Assembly (NCBI GenBank): GCA_965235115.1
Contig: OZ249436.1
Coordinates: 39,186,001 to 39,250,000, forward strand
Source of the DNA: Laetmonice hystrix
Taxonomy: Eukaryota
Length of the DNA stretch: 64,000 nt
Direction: 5' to 3'
The number at the start of each line of letters is the position of its first letter. The stretch's first letter is position 1. The notes beneath the pieces were generated by a model that was not told the origin of the DNA, ran no database searches, and worked only from the letters and a program-made list of their open reading frames with translations. Shown here one piece after another: positions 62,726 through 64,000 of this stretch. A program made the translations under genes and the position numbers.

Positions 62726-63062
62726 TGGTATCTCCGCAGTAAATGTGAGGGTTATGCTGTTCTCTAATCAAGTATTTGGTATTGACGACCGTATATACGG
62801 CAATAACGCAGAGGAGCCGACACGTCAACCTGTACTCAGTCCGCCATGTTGTTTCTATTTTGGATGGCAGACCATGGAACTGAGAATGTACTTATCGAAC
62901 ATATGCAGGCATTACTCAGAGAAAACATGCAACCCATTCGTACTTCAACTGATATCCATTTGCCAGTACCTGGCCTGTAGGATGGAAATGAAATCCGATT
63001 TGAATACCACGTACGGATCTTTTCCTCAACTCTTTAAAGCCGCTTTCACATGTAGACGGTTT

Positions 63063-63114
63063 GCGGCGTGCGGCGTGCGGCGTGCGGCGTGCGGCGTGCG
63101 GCGTGCCGGCGTGC
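63063..63114. repeat. (GCGGCGT)n heptamer repeat inside a small inverted-repeat element (~63036-63231)
   Basis: Tandem GCGGCGT; flanks AAGCCGCTTTCACAT and ATGTGAAAGCCGCTT. Confidence 0.75.
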
Positions 63115-63309
63115 GTTTTTGCAACAATGGAACAACTGAAAATAGATATAACCGTTCACATGCCTCCGGTTTACGGCGTGCGACGATTTACATTTGTTAC
63201 CGCACATCGTATGTATGTGAAAGCCGCTTAAAGCAGGATAGGTGCACCCACTTTGAGAATCACAAACTGGTTCTGCCCAACCCAAAAGATATCATTTGAA
63301 CTTATTTAA

Positions 63310-64000
63310 AGGAGAAGTCTAGTCAAAAATCACATGACAACCGTGTAAAAATCACTGGCTTCAGCAGCGCAGCCATTAGTGGGGCTTGTGCCCATCTATT
63401 GCATGCCGGGGCTAGGCTAAAGGCGACCGAAGCGGGTGGGCAAATCGACGGGGGTCAGTCCCACAGTCACAGTCACAGTCACAACTAAACGCAAGAGGTC
63501 TACTGCCAGTGCCCGGTCGTAGTCAGAGTGGGGCCCGGGCCAAAGTGGCGCTGAGCTCCATCAATATCACACCTCCGAGCGGGACTAATTGAATGCAGGC
63601 GGCCGAAATCCACGGCTGCCCAGATCCGTGTCCACCCTGATATATCCCCTGACATCGGTAGGCTTAATTCCTAGCCATTCCTCATCACTATCGATGGTTT
63701 TCGTCTGTGTTCTAACAAATTTTGCTTAGAGAGGTCTAAGCTGTCAACGTTCGCTACCTTCCGAATCGCAAAACGCAACAGGTGCGTCAGTTTTTAGTTC
63801 TTCCCAAACTGGAGAGCAGTCGTGCTGTGATTGGTCAGGCCGAGGTCGAGCATGCGCAATTTGGGATTAGCCCAACGAGCAGACGCTATGGCGGCCTCCA
63901 CCAGCTGAGCTTAACTATTTGAGCACCAATTGTGTTCAAATCTTTTGTAACTTGCTTAGAATATGACGGCCTGTGTGTCTGGCCTGTACAGACTGGCGAT
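63310..64000 (-). mobile_element. Uninterrupted copy of Kolobok-like MITE X, running off the window
   Basis: TTAA|AGGAGAAGTC terminus; reverse-complement homology to 13990-14222, 16783-17060 and 20160-20200. Confidence 0.75.

Larger units (their letters stand above)
56937..62850 (-). mobile_element. Near-intact CR1/L2-group LINE
   Basis: Poly(A) tail (T-run 56937-56960), 3' UTR, ORF2, ~1.1-kb spacer, ORF1, and 5' end AACATGGCGG. Confidence 0.88.

Overview
Animal genomic DNA with GT-AG introns and many transposons. The gene and repeat families suggest a marine invertebrate, but that is inference. (1) A plus-strand gene of 29 visible exons (603-39476, 5'-incomplete, ~2,100 codons, all intron phases compatible) encodes a giant GRL101/RXFP-like leucine-rich-repeat GPCR. 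Its domains are F-type-lectin/discoidin, CUB, C-type lectin, LDLa, CASPR-like fibrinogen-related, LRR, 7TM and a degenerate kinase-like tail. (2) The last two exons of a convergent ABCC4/MRP-like transporter lie on the minus strand. (3) Many transposons are nested in the introns. These include three copies of a PIF/Harbinger non-autonomous element that each carry a tRNA-Thr(CGT) sequence (two form a ~6 kb palindrome), Kolobok-, Academ- and Ginger-like MITEs, and a full-length RNase H-bearing I-group LINE with a GalEa-type copia element in its 5' UTR. There is also a near-intact CR1/L2-group LINE whose ORF1 protein ends in a NADAR (YbiA-like) domain. The NADAR-ORF1 fusion and the tRNA-carrying DNA transposon are the most unusual signals. 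All family assignments come from motif recognition by eye; no searches were run.
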